DNA of 63,972 nucleotides, filler included, from Hyphochytrium catenoides (taxonomy: Eukaryota; Protista; Hyphochytriomycota): the NCBI GenBank assembly GCA_900088475.1. It is 10 parts of 10 records of this genome, joined end to end, with 100 filler letters (N's around TTAATTAATTAA, not from the genome) between each part and the next. Parts side by side here need not be neighbours in the genome. Positions count along the whole stretch, not along the records: positions 20,703 to 37,014 come from FLMG01002225.1; 9 more parts are not named here. One strand, 5' to 3'. Under the pieces are notes generated by a model. The model made no database searches, had not been told where the DNA came from, and was given only the letters and a program-made list of their open reading frames with translations. Position numbers and translations under genes: made by a program. Shown here piece after piece: positions 25,701 to 36,972 of this stretch (position 1 is its first letter; each line of letters begins with the position of its first letter).

Positions 25701-26017
25701 TCTCACCCTCTTTTACTGGCTTCAGTTCGAAGGAAACCATTGACCGTGCTGACAGGGCGAAAGGCTAGCTTCCGGGGATATGAACTATGGCGTTGTAGAG
25801 AAAGCGAACGGGTTGGCTCTCGGCCTACCGACTCCGTTTACATTATTTTTTCCTCATCCGAACTCCCATTGCTAATTGTTAACATTCCTAAAGAACCAGA
25901 TGCTTAACGTTTCCCCCTCCCCCGACAACTGGACTTTAGCTCTTTCTCTCTCTCTCTCTTTCTCTCATACTTTCTCTCTCTCCTCTCTCTTTCTCTCTTT
26001 CTATCTCTCTCTCTCTC

Positions 26018-26051
<34 letters not shown>

Positions 26052-27230
26052 TCTCTTTCTCTCTCTCCCCTCTCTCTCTCTCCCCTCTCTCTGTCTCTCT
26101 CTCTCTGCGTTGATGCCAGCAGATCGCTTTGATGCCAAGGGCTTTTTGTTCAAGAACAGAAAAAACTTCTCCGTCGCTCTACGTCTGTATCAGTCCTGAA
26201 AAAGTGTATCAAGGGCCCAAGGTCCCAACAACTGTCAACCAACCTGGAAAAAGGAATAAGGGTAGCTCTGCTCTGTGGAGCCTTCTGAATCGTCCAACGC
26301 CTATCTCCTCCTGACAGAAAACGACCTTCTTTCCCTCCTCTTATTAACTTCTGTCGTTTGACAGTGCGCCTCTTCTGTTGTTGGTTAAGCCTCTTCTGCT
26401 GTTTCCTGCCACACCGAACTAAACTGAGGCACTAGGTCACCACTTAGTCATATTTCTCAGTCTGAGACCCATGCCTAGCGTCCGCGCAAGCCAGGAAGAG
26501 TCCACCCAGTCTGGTGTGAAAAAAAAACATTTCCTGGGTAGCACACATCGTTGACCTCTGTGTACTCTTTACCTCGCTACGAAGAGGTAGCGTCCTGGGC
26601 TAAGTAAACGGCGTGAGACAGTAATAGAAGGCACCCCAATAGTGTAAAACAGTAGTCGTTCTTTCTAGTGCCTAGGAAAGAGAGAAAGTTTGAGTATGTC
26701 AGCTTCTTCTAGATCTCCACTCGAGGAGGTGATAGATATAATAAGGTAGGACAGCTAAGATACAGGCGATCGCAAAGGAGAGAGAATTGAGAATAATTTT
26801 ATTAGGAGGATCACTTTCACGGTGTTGATTTATCCCTTCCCTGCAGTAGTCAGGCAGCATAGGCATTTCTTCTTGTCCTTTTCTCTCTCTCTCTCTCTTT
26901 TTCTCTCTCTTTCCCTTTTTCTCTCTTTCTCTTTTTCTCCCTGTCTATCTTTCTTTCTATCTATCTCTTTCTCTCTCTCTGTCTTTCTCTCTGTCTCTCT
27001 CTGTCTCTCCTGTCTCTCTCTCTCTTTCTGTATCTCTCTGTCTCTCTCTCTCTTTCTCTCTCTGTCTCTGTCTCTTTCTGCCTCTGATCTCTCTCTCTCT
27101 CACTCTCTCTCTTTCTCCACGCGAAGAACTACTTTTTTCTACTATTCAAAAGCGTCCATCTCAGAACGGTGGACAGAAGAATACTAGGAGTAGTGTACCC
27201 GATGCGCGAGTTGTTGTCTCTCTCCATCCT
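22720..27230. repeat. Tandem segmental duplication, copy A (~4.5 kb)
   Basis: Collinear matches to ~27860-32600, e.g. GGCCAGCAGACAGCTAA (~23150/~28294), CAGATGCAAGGAGAAGGATGGTGGTCGGCTGTACTCAGATGGCTTGAGAAGCGCGACCCCG (~25056/~30156), and TGATGCCAGCAGATCGCTTTGATGCCAAGGGC (~26111/~31241). Confidence 0.92.
24034..24519 (-). CDS. Small secreted cysteine-rich precursor 1 (signal peptide, acidic pro-region, RALQ, 8-Cys cationic domain)
   Basis: Single 161-aa ORF with a hydrophobic N-terminus and acidic QEEED before RGRALQ. Putative mature part is C-x4-C-x20-C-x3-C-x6-C-x11-C-x13-C-x3-C, ending on Cys. A paralog lies at 29128-29592. Confidence 0.88.
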   Translation of the reverse strand: MQYRARHISFAAVLLFGAIFAVASTGLLLFTSPTIAAAVAQPAEATADLLAGESLAINGFDSTLSSFLEHTSGKQEEEDGIALRGRALQQRPYCSQLKCSFFDTLDNIRFSDKPFTSRSCSPACNTLLDQCMKGRPVRRRADCIDTRKRRRSKGLQCFVTC

Positions 27231-27470
27231 TGGTCAGTAGTCTTGTTCATTTCTAGTTTCTATCCCCAGTCATGCCTAGTAAACCATCCGCGGCAGCTTC
27301 CTTCCTCATCTAGGAACATCACCTTTAGTCACTCCATCAGGCAGGCAGTCCTATTCCTCGCCACTTTTGGTAATAATAAGAGATGAGAATGAGGGCGTAG
27401 AACTACCTGGTTCTTTTGGCCCGTTAACCCACCCACAGATTGCAGGTGCTTTTGCTGCTGGAAAAGTAGC

Positions 27471-27474
<4 letters not shown>

Positions 27475-27516
<42 letters not shown>

Positions 27517-27848
27517 AAGAAAAGAGAGAGAGGGGAGGAGAGAGAGAGAGAGAGAGAGCGCGCGCGCGAGAGAGAGAGAAAGAGAGAGACAGAGAGAGAA
27601 GGAGAGAGAGAGAGTGAGTGAGAGAGAGACAAAGAGAGAGGGAGGGGGAGAGACAAAGAGAGAGAGAGAGACAGAGAGGGAGAGAGAGAGAGAGACAGAG
27701 AAAGTGAGAGAGGGAGGGGGGAAGAGAGAGAGAGAGAGAGAAGGAGAGAGAGAGAGTGAGAGAGAGAGAGACAGAGAGAGAAGGAGGGGAGAGAGAGAGA
27801 GAGAGAGACAGAGAAAAAAAGAGAGAGAAAAAGAGAGAGAGAGAGAAA
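27475..27848. repeat. Long (GA)n-rich microsatellite at the junction of the two duplicated units
   Basis: About 370 bp of near-continuous purine GA repeats; representative of many such tracts in the window. Confidence 0.9.
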
Positions 27849-27859
27849 AGAACTGCGGA

Positions 27860-30800
27860 GGATGGATCATGACGGGAACGTCAAACAGTAGTACGAGTAG
27901 TAGAGCCATCGTACGGATCGCTGGCTCTATCCACCACCTCTTTCTCTCCCAGGGTGTTCTTCACCCTTCTCGAATCTCAGCTAGGTCCTGCGACTACGAT
28001 GGAAGAGGATAGTGTCCCTGGAGGAGGAGGGACTCCAAGCGCTTATGATACGGACAAAGCATAGACCTGATGTCATCGACAACAACGTTATTATCGTGGA
28101 ACTACACGTCACGCTGATGACGGCGATGCAAATGTGAGCAACGACCGCTTAAGATGAGGTCTTACCGCCTCATACCATCAATAGATGCTCTTGATAGGGA
28201 GAGGGGGAATATCAAGTTAAGGCAAGCTACTGGGCTCTGTTGTCGTTTCGGTGGAATCCTTGACTTCCTCTCTTCTCCTGATATCGTCACAGGGGCCAGC
28301 AGACAGCTAAGATACCTCTGATGAAAGCTGACCACCGTGGTTGAGAAGAAAGAAGAAAACGGAAGGAAGAAGGAAGACAAGTAATGCATCAAACCCAAGC
28401 GCTCTATGTTCTTTCTTCTTCATGCGGCCGCGTGCTCAAGAGGATTGTTTTCACAAGCTGCTGGTAGTGAAGATGAAGAGGTGAAGATGATGATGTCATC
28501 ATCAAGAAGCAAATATGAAAGGGAGGGAACGAACCTCAAGAGAAAGGAGGCGACGTACTCATATATACTTATTAGTGTAATAAGATTAAAGGAGAAGGAG
28601 GGATAGTAAGAGACAGAAGGAACAAGAGGGAGATTGAATTGAGAGGAGAGAGACAGAATAAAGAAAGTGAGAGAGAACAAGTTCATAAAAGGAGGAGGAG
28701 GGAGAGAAAAAAGGAGGAGGAGGGAGAGAAAGAGACAGAAGGAACAAGAGGGAGACTGAACGAAGAGCAGGGCGACGGAGATAAATGCGTTAAAAAAGGA
28801 CAAGATCAGTTAGTAGCATGATGGAAGAGCCGCGGAAACCTTTATGATTTCCATGAGTGATCCATCATCTTTGTACCGGCAGTTCTAATCCAGTCATGTT
28901 ATCCTTCTTCCGGCAGCCGGGGACTATGAAGGGCCTACTATTCATGAGGAACAAAGATGTGAACAGTGGCAGTGCACGTGGCAATGAGAGGCGTTTAGCA
29001 GCCTCAGAGAGTTCATAGTATTAAAAAGTTCTTATGGGAAACTGCCCTATAGGAGCTCCCAAAAGCTTAGCAAGTAGGCTTTTCTCAGTTTGCCTCTAAA
29101 TAGTCAGCTCTTTGAGTCTTAGACGACTCAACAGTGAATATAGCATTGTAGCGTGACGGAGGCCCGCCGTCCCTGCTTGTTGAGGCATTCGGTTTGGCGT
29201 GTCCTACTAGCACCGCTCTCGCACCCGTTCCGTATCAATGGATGGCACCTATTGCTGCAGGTAGAGGCAGGTACGCTGCGATATTGCAGTCCCCCGACGG
29301 AAAAATCGCTGCACTTAACCTGGGTGCACAGAGGCAGTCGCTGAAGAGCTCGTACATGGAAGGCACTTCCGTTTTCTTCTTCTTGCTTGCCGCTGGTGGA
29401 ACTATGTTCCAAAGAAGAAGAAAGGCCATTGTCAAGTTCATTAATTGCCAGGATATCGCCTGCCAGGAGATCACCAGTAACCTCAGCTGGCTGCGCTACG
29501 GCAATGGTGGGAGATGTAAAGAGGAGCAATCCAGTGCTAGCCACAGCGATTAGTGCCCCAAACAAAGCCACAGCAGTCGTTCTGTACTGCATCCTTCCTT
29601 CTTCTGTTTTGCTGATCCTTATNNNNNNNNNNNNNNNNNNNNNNNNNNNNNNNNNNNNNNNNNNNNNNNNNNNNNNNNNTGGATTGCGTTGCGGGTGACA
29701 GGCTGCTAGGACTTCTCTTCGACTTCTTTCGCTGTCGGAAAATTGCAGTATGATCATCGATGCAAGGGCAGCGAGGAGAAGAAGAGTCTAGAACAGGCTG
29801 TAGAAGAGAAGAGAAGGAGATGAAGAAGGGGATCGAACTAAAGGGAGAAAGCGGAATGTCACTACCCCTACGCTGGTCCTTAGGTTTCTTTCTTTGGCTT
29901 TCGTGTGCCATCAGAATAGCTACGGAAGGAAGATGAAGACAGGAGGAAGAACTCCTGATGAGATGGCAGATGGAGGATGGACCTCGTGAAGAGCAGGAGC
30001 CGTAGTTCTCCTTGAAAGAGAGACACAGGAGAGAAATGAATACGGCTGTCCGCTGCTGAAGAAGAACGACAGCAATTCGCTTTCTCCTCCATCCACCGTC
30101 TTCCACAAAAGATACGTTTGCGAGCCTTGAACAAAGGCGAGGCTCAGGTTGAACTCAGATGCAAGGAGAAGGATGGTGGTCGGCTGTACTCAGATGGCTT
30201 GAGAAGCGCGACCCCGTCTTGCACAAGTGACTGGATGGAAGAAGGAGACTCTCACTTAGGTAACAAAGCGTGACGTGTCGCCCTCTTTCTTTCAATAGAA
30301 AAAGCTCCAGTTGACGTGATACGTCACAGGTGATACTGTCTGGATGATGCGAGAGATGGTCTCGGTTCTATGCCAGGCTGACCTTACCAGAAGAGCTACT
30401 CTCAGTAAGGTCTTTGAACCCTTTGATCTCTTGGAAGACTTCTTATCCGTCACATCAGCACAGCCACAGAGACAAACCAACAAGCAAAAAAAAGAGAGAA
30501 GCATCTTTCTTCATGTGGGCACGTGGATTCGGAGGGAACTGAGCCTAGTCTCGCCAAGAAAGCTCGGGCTCGCAGTAAGGACCAAACGCCCCTCGAAGAG
30601 AGCCTTACGTACCCGTAACCAGGCTATTAGAGAGCCAGTATCATTTGGATGGGCCATAGGATGTGCAGACAGACGCCCATGCCACCAGCTCGCAACTCAG
30701 AAAGCTCCACTCACTCAGTGTTATCACTAGTAGACATAATATCTTATTCCTGCCGTAGAACTACTTCTCATTGGAACCTTCTCACCCTCTTTTTACTGGC

Positions 30801-32600
30801 CACAGATCGAAGGAAACCATTGACCGTGCTGACAGGGCGAAGGGCCCACTTCAGGGAAATATGACCTATGGCGTTGTTGAGAAAGCGAACGGGTTGGCTC
30901 TCGGCCTACCGATCCGTTTATAAAATTTTTTCCTCATCCGAACTCCCATTGCTAACATTCCTAAAGGTCCAGAATTCTCAACGTTTTTTTCCACCCCGAG
31001 AACTGAACTTTAGCCCTTCGACTATAAATAGTTTCGCTCTCCTCTCTCTCGCTCTCGCTCTCTCTCTCTCTCTCACAAACTAACTCTCTCGCTCTCTGTC
31101 TCTTTCTCTCTTTCTCTCTCCCTCTCTCTCTCTCCCTCTCTCTCTCTCCTCTCTCTCTCTCTCCCCTCNNNNNNNNNNNNNNNNNNNNNNNNNNNNNNNN
31201 NNNNNNNNNNNNNNNNCTCTCTGCCTCTCTCTCTCTGCTTTGATGCCAGCAGATCGCTTTGATGCCAAGGGCTTTTTGTTCAAGAACAGAAAAAACTTCT
31301 CCGTCGCTCTACGTCTGGATCAGTCCTGAAAAAGTGTATCGAGGGCCCAAGGTCCCAACAACTGTCAACCAAACTGGAAAAAGGAATACGGTAGAACTCT
31401 GTTCTGTGGAGCCTTCTCAATGGGCCAACGCCTATCTCCTCCTGACAGGAAACGACCCTCTTTCTGTCATCTTAACTTCTGTCCTTTGACAATAATGCGC
31501 GTGGCACTAAAATTATAACCCTCTGTTGTTTCCTGCCACACCGAACTAAACTGAGGCACTAGGTCACCACTTTTAGTCAGTCATATTTTTCTCAGTATGA
31601 GACCCTATGCCCGGCGCTCCGCCCAAGCCAGGACAGTCCACCCAGTCTGGTGCGAAAAAAACGGTGATGACATGGTTGCTGGTGGTTCACCTCTTCCTCC
31701 TCCTTCTTCTCCGCTCATCATTTATTACTGAGGAAATCAACTATGATGCTTCTTTTACTGAGGATGAGCAGGGAGCAGGTTCGAGCTGATGAGATGATGG
31801 AAGAGCCTACGGCTTCTTATTGTAGCTTTTCTTCTCTTCTACTTCCTCTTCTTCTTCTTCACTTTCTTCTTCTTCTAGAATTAGTCTGTTAGTAGTGATA
31901 GTAAGGCTTAGTAGTTTTTGCTAGTTAAACAGCTTCAAAAAAAAATATTTCCTGGGTGGCACACATCCTTGACCTCTGTGTACTCTTTGGCTCGCTACGA
32001 AGAAGTAGTTCTACCGTCCTGGGCCACAGGGACACAGTAGAACGCACGCCACTATTGTAAAACAGTAGTCGTGTTAGTGCCTAGGAAAGAGAGAAGGTTT
32101 TGACAGCGCCAGCTTTCTTCTGGATCGCCACTCGTGGTTGGCCGCTGGGTGCGTATGATAAGAGGAGAAAGGTTCTCCCTGGTTGGTTCAGGGAGACCTG
32201 TGTAAGTTAGAGGAGGTGGTAGTTCTATAATAAGGTAGGGCAGCCAAGATACAAGCAACCGCAAACGAGAGAATGATAACATTTAGGGAGGATCACTTTC
32301 ATGGCGTTGAAAGTAGGTATCCCTTTCCACAGGGTCTTCCTCTCTCCCTCCCTCTCTTTTTCTCTCTCCCTCTTTCTCTCTCCCTCTCTTTCCCTCCCCC
32401 TTTCTCTCCTCTCTTTCTCTCTCTGTCTTTCTCTCTCTCCCTGTCTCTCTGTCTCTCTCTTTTTCTCTCTCTCTCTCTCTCTCTCTCGTTCTCTCTCCTC
32501 TCTCCGCGGAGAACCAACTACTATAATCAAAATTGTCCATCTGATAACGGTGGACCGAACAGGAGAGAGACAACTGAACCTTGAACCTTCAGTTCGCACC
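27860..32600. repeat. Tandem segmental duplication, copy B
   Basis: Collinear with 22720-27230; see copy A. Confidence 0.92.
29128..29592 (-). CDS. Small secreted cysteine-rich precursor 2 (paralog of 24034-24519)
   Basis: 154 aa: MQYRTTAVALFGALIAVASTGLLLFTSPTIAVAQPAE...SGKQEEENGSAFHVRALQ, then C-x4-C-x17-C-x3-C-x7-C-x11-C-x13-C-x3-C and stop. Confidence 0.88.
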   Translation of the reverse strand: MQYRTTAVALFGALIAVASTGLLLFTSPTIAVAQPAEVTGDLLAGDILAINELDNGLSSSLEHSSTSGKQEEENGSAFHVRALQRLPLCTQVKCSDFSVGGLQYRSVPASTCSNRCHPLIRNGCESGASRTRQTECLNKQGRRASVTLQCYIHC

Positions 32601-33020
32601 CGGGCGTATTTCCTTCTTTTATAAAGTATGACAGATTGAGAAAAAGAGAGGAAAGCGGACTCCGAAAGACCGAGAGAGAGAGAGAAATGAGATACACAGA
32701 GAGTGAGAGAGAGAGAGAGAGCAAGAAAGAAAGAAGAACAAGAGACCAGGCTGCTAGATCTTAACGTAGCATTACAATTGACCTATAGCTTATGGTTAAT
32801 AGCAGACGATACTACGCGGCTGGACAAAACGACGCGAAGACAGAAGAAGAAAGAGAAAGCGTCCCAATAAATGAAAGTGGGAAAGCAGACAAACAACAGA
32901 ACAGACACAGAAAGAAGAGAGAACAGGGCACTGACTCACAGAAGGAAATGTCAGCACTTCCCCTCCTCATTCGCTCTTTCTCTCTCTCTCTCTTCCCTAA
33001 ATCCTTGCTTTCCAGTCTGC

Positions 33021-33731
33021 CTAGTTCATATTGAAGAAGCTGCGGAGAAAGCGCTGCTGCTGCTTGGCATTGTTATTGTTCTTTCCTCCTCTTTTCTTCC
33101 CCTTGTTGTTCTTCTTCCCGCGTTTCTTTCCTCGTCTCTTCCCTCCTTTCTTCCCTCCTTTCTTTCGGAAGTTTCTTCTCTTCCCATTGCGTTTCTTCCC
33201 CTTTCTTCTCCTTTTCTGGCGTCTCTTCCTCGCCGCCTGGGTGGCAGGCTGCGTCGTAGCTGCTGCTGGAGCTTCTGTGGCTGCTGCTTCTGTCACTGCA
33301 GTCGATGTAGCGGGCGCCACCTCAGTCGAGGCAGCGGCCGTAGGAGCCTCAGTAGAAGCAGCGGCGACATTAGCTGCTGTCTCTCCTGCTGCTCCGTCTT
33401 CTTGGAGAGAAGAGGCAACTGCTGTCTCTTCTTCTTCTTCTCCTTCTCCAGTGGCAGCAGCGCCGGTGAGAGAGGCCGTGGCGCCTTGTTCCTCTTCCTC
33501 TGCTCCTCCATCTTCCCCGAGGAGAGATCTGGCGGCAGAAACATCGTCATCTTGTCCATCGTCATTGATATCTAGTGAGGCCTCTGGGCCGTCATTGTCT
33601 AGGGTTTGTAGCACTCTTCCTTGTGAGGAGAGAGACACAGCCGGTGCATTGGCTTGAGCTTCAATGGAGAGAGAAGAGAGAGAGAGAGCGGCGATAAACG
33701 CCAAGAGAGAGGCAGTCGTGGCGAGCTTCAT
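33021..33731 (-). CDS. Secreted low-complexity protein: signal peptide, RVLQ, acidic block, Ala/Thr block, Lys/Arg/Gly block, C-terminal RFLR
   Basis: Single 236-aa ORF from MKLATTASLLAFIAALSLSSLSIEAQA (signal-peptide-like), with ordered compositional blocks and no stops. Confidence 0.82.
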   Translation of the reverse strand: MKLATTASLLAFIAALSLSSLSIEAQANAPAVSLSSQGRVLQTLDNDGPEASLDINDDGQDDDVSAARSLLGEDGGAEEEEQGATASLTGAAATGEGEEEEETAVASSLQEDGAAGETAANVAAASTEAPTAAASTEVAPATSTAVTEAAATEAPAAATTQPATQAARKRRQKRRRKGKKRNGKRRNFRKKGGKKGGKRRGKKRGKKNNKGKKRGGKNNNNAKQQQRFLRSFFNMN

Positions 33732-34920
33732 GCTCTGTCTTTGTTTCCTTTCTCCGTCTCCTTTTTTACTCTTGCTTTCTTTTTCTCGTTGCGTGAGAGA
33801 GTTTATCACGTCGCTGCTGTGCGTCCTAATAAGAGAGAGAGAGAGAGAAAGGTTCTTTCTTGTTCTCTCTTTGTTCCCTTAGCGGTTGGCTGGTAGTTTA
33901 GGCTTGTATTCCAAAGGGAAACTTGAGAAGTGAGAAGTGAGGGCAGTGGTGAAGGTTCAGTGGCGGCTGCCATTGTGAGGAGAGAGAGAGGGAAGAGAGA
34001 GAGAGAGGAAAAGTGCAGAGAGAGAGGATTACTCTTCTATCTTTGCAGCTCTTCTCCCCCTTCTCGACGGCTGTTGAAGCTCTTGACAGCCTCTAGAGCT
34101 TAAGAAAGTGTTGCAGTCGGGTGCTCTCTCTGTCAACAATGTCTGGGAGAGAGAATATCTTTGTCTTTCCCGCTTCGAAGCTTCTTTTCCCTTCGCACTG
34201 TACGCGCAAAATCGAGAGGGAGAGAAGGGAAGAAGGGGAAGACCGAGAGAGAGAGAGAGAGGGAGAGTACGAAAGCAAAAGGAGATGAGAGCCAGTTTTT
34301 TGCCGCTGTCTGGGTCTTTAGAGGCGCTGTGCGTGGCACAGTCTGGGAAAAAGGAGCGAGAGAGAGAAGAGCCTGCCGATGATGCAGCGTCTCTTTCCTC
34401 TTCTTCCTACCGTCACATTGGAGGTGAGATATATCCTTATTAATGGACTCCTGTATCTCTTTCTCATTCTGTCTCTCTCTCTTACTGTCATTCTACCTCG
34501 CTCTTTGTCTTTCTCCTCACCAATTCGTCTCTTTTTTCTCTGCTCGTAGCCTCCTCTCTCTCTGTCCTTCTCCTCTCTCTCTCTGTCCTTCTCCTCTCTC
34601 TCTCTCTGTCCTTCTCCTCTCTCGTTTATCAACCCGGTTCTGTCGCTCTAGCAATTTCTCTGTCTCTATGGTCATTTTGGTAGCAGTTTTGATGTTTTGC
34701 TCTCTCTCTCTCTCTCTCTCTCTGTTTCTCTTTTTCTTTCTTTTTCTCTCCTCTTTCTCTCTTTCTCTCTCTCTCTCTCTCTTCTCCCTTGCTCACCGCT
34801 CACTCTTTCTCATACTTCGTGATTCCATCTTCATTTCTCTGTCCGCGCGTCTCGTCGGCACCACATCGTTCTGATGTCTTCTAATTACATCTTAATCTTC
34901 TCGCTCTCTTTCTCTCTCTT

Positions 34921-34957
<37 letters not shown>

Positions 34958-35419
34958 ACACCTCTTCTACCCAGTCGGCTGCCGCAGAATGGAGCATAAG
35001 ATCGCATCTAAGTTTCTGGATCTTGTCCTCTTCCTTCTACTAGACACAACGCGCATAAGAAAACACGGCGGAGGAAAGTCAACAGAGGAAGGAAGAAGAG
35101 AGAGAGAGAGAGAGAGAGAGAAGAAGAAGAAGAAGAGGAGGAGAGGAAGAAACAAGACGATCTACCTTAAATATCTGGGGCAAAGAGGAAAATATCTCTC
35201 CCTTCATCCGTTAGATCTTCTCTCTATGACGTCTCTCCTCCTCCTTTTTTTCACCGTTTTGCCGTCAGCCATCTATCTTCCTTCTTTCTCTTCCTCGTTC
35301 TTTCTCTCTTCTTCATCTGTTCCCATCCCTCTGTTTCTCGCTCTCTTTTCTCTCTTTCTCATTCTCTCTCTCTCCTTCTCTCACACTCTCTCTCTCCCCA
35401 TCCGCGCCACTGCTCCTAC

Positions 35420-36317
35420 TTCTTACCTCCTCCAGTCGCATGTGCATCTTTAACAAGACCTCCTCAGCGTTTCTGTCTTTAATGTATGTCTTTCCCTACT
35501 GTCTTTCTGGCTGCTCTCTCCTTTTCTCTCACCCTCTCCCTTTGTCTCTCCCTCTCCCTCTGTTGCCTTTTCTTTCTTTCAAGAGGGTATCTCCTCTCTC
35601 TCTCTNNNNNNNNNNNNNNNNNNNNNNNNNNNNNNNNNNNNNNNNNNNNNNNNNNNNNNNNNNNNNCTCTCTCTCTCCAGCAGTCCATTTCTGAGGAGGA
35701 GAGTCCCAGACATAGTTCTAGTGATACGGCCGGCCCATCAGCGATGTCTCCTACTTATGATGATTGTGTCTCTCTCATGAGCGTCTCGTCTTTCTTCTCT
35801 TCTGGTGCTGTCGATGTCTAATCATCTGCTGCTGGTGCATTTGTTGGTCTCTCTAGGTGCTGTCGATGTCTAATCATCTGCTGCTGGTGCATTTGTTGGT
35901 CTCTCTCTTTCTCTCTCTCGCTCTCTCTCTCTTCTCTCTCTCTCTCCCCTCCTCTCTCTTCGCGTCCCCTGGTCGTCTGATCATCTGCTGGTGCATTTCG
36001 GCAAAGATCCAGAGGCTGAAACAGACACCTTTTGGTGATTCTCCTTCTCACCTGATCATATGCCGCTAATAGTGATTCTTCTAATTGTAGCTTGTAAGTA
36101 TTCACTCGATAGTATTCCGCTTGGCCCCTATTTTGTTGGCTGTGCTGATAGTTACTGCTTACCTTATCTTATTCCCCCCCGAGACTTAGAACTATGATCA
36201 TCTGGGTAATAAGGATCTGATCGTATTCCGCATGGCGGGTTGCATGTGGACACTTAGGGGGTTGGACATTATTGGAAACGACATTGAGGTCATGTCTGGG
36301 CCATCTGGGAGGGGAGG

Positions 36318-36379
<62 letters not shown>

Positions 36380-36972
36380 ACAAGAGAGAGAGAGAGAAAG
36401 AGAAACAAGTGGGGAGAAACAGAGAGAGAGAGAGGAAGAGACAGAACAGGAAAGGGAAACAAGTGGGGAGAAACAGAGAGAGAGAGAGGAAGAGACAGAA
36501 CAGGAAAGGGAGAGGTGGGAGAAACAGGCGAGAGAGAGTGAGAGGAACAGAGAGAGGAAAAGGGAGAGAGAGAGAGAGAGAGAGAGAGGTGGCAGGACAG
36601 GAGAGAGAGAGAGAGAGGAATAGATTGAAAGAGATAGAGCGAGTATGAGAAAGAGAGAAAGAGGGAGGAGAGAGAGAGATGAGGTGAGAGAAACAGGAGA
36701 GAGACAGAGAGAAAGACCGGTGCACCCATAACACTGGCCTAACTTGTAAAGATGATGACGACAGCACCAGAAGAAGAGACAAAGTTGTGGTGCTGAGATG
36801 GGATCTTCCATGTTGTTATAAACATAATCCGAAGGACGAAGTCAGAGAGAGAGAGAGAGAGAGAAAGGGGACGAAGAGAGAGAGAAAGAGAGACAGCAGG
36901 GAAAGACATACATTTAAGGCAGAAACGCCTGCTGGTCTTGTTAAAGATGCAGACGCTGATTGAAGGTAAGAA
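35420..36972. repeat. Imperfect inverted repeat pair (~85 bp arms at ~35420-35505 and ~36890-36972)
   Basis: TGCATCTTTAACAAGACC..GCGTTTCTG.CTT.AATGTATGTCTTTCCCT.CTGTCT at ~35442 recurs as its reverse complement at ~36890-36951. A second inverted match, CTTCTGGTGCTGTCG, lies at ~35799 and ~36759-36773. Confidence 0.8.

Noticed and set aside
32871-33657. Long plus-strand ORFs of 234 and 208 aa
   Set aside because: Antisense shadows of the low-complexity minus-strand secreted protein.
21602-36811. Many ORFs rich in SLSLSL or RERERE
   Set aside because: These are translations of (CT)n/(GA)n microsatellites, not credible proteins.
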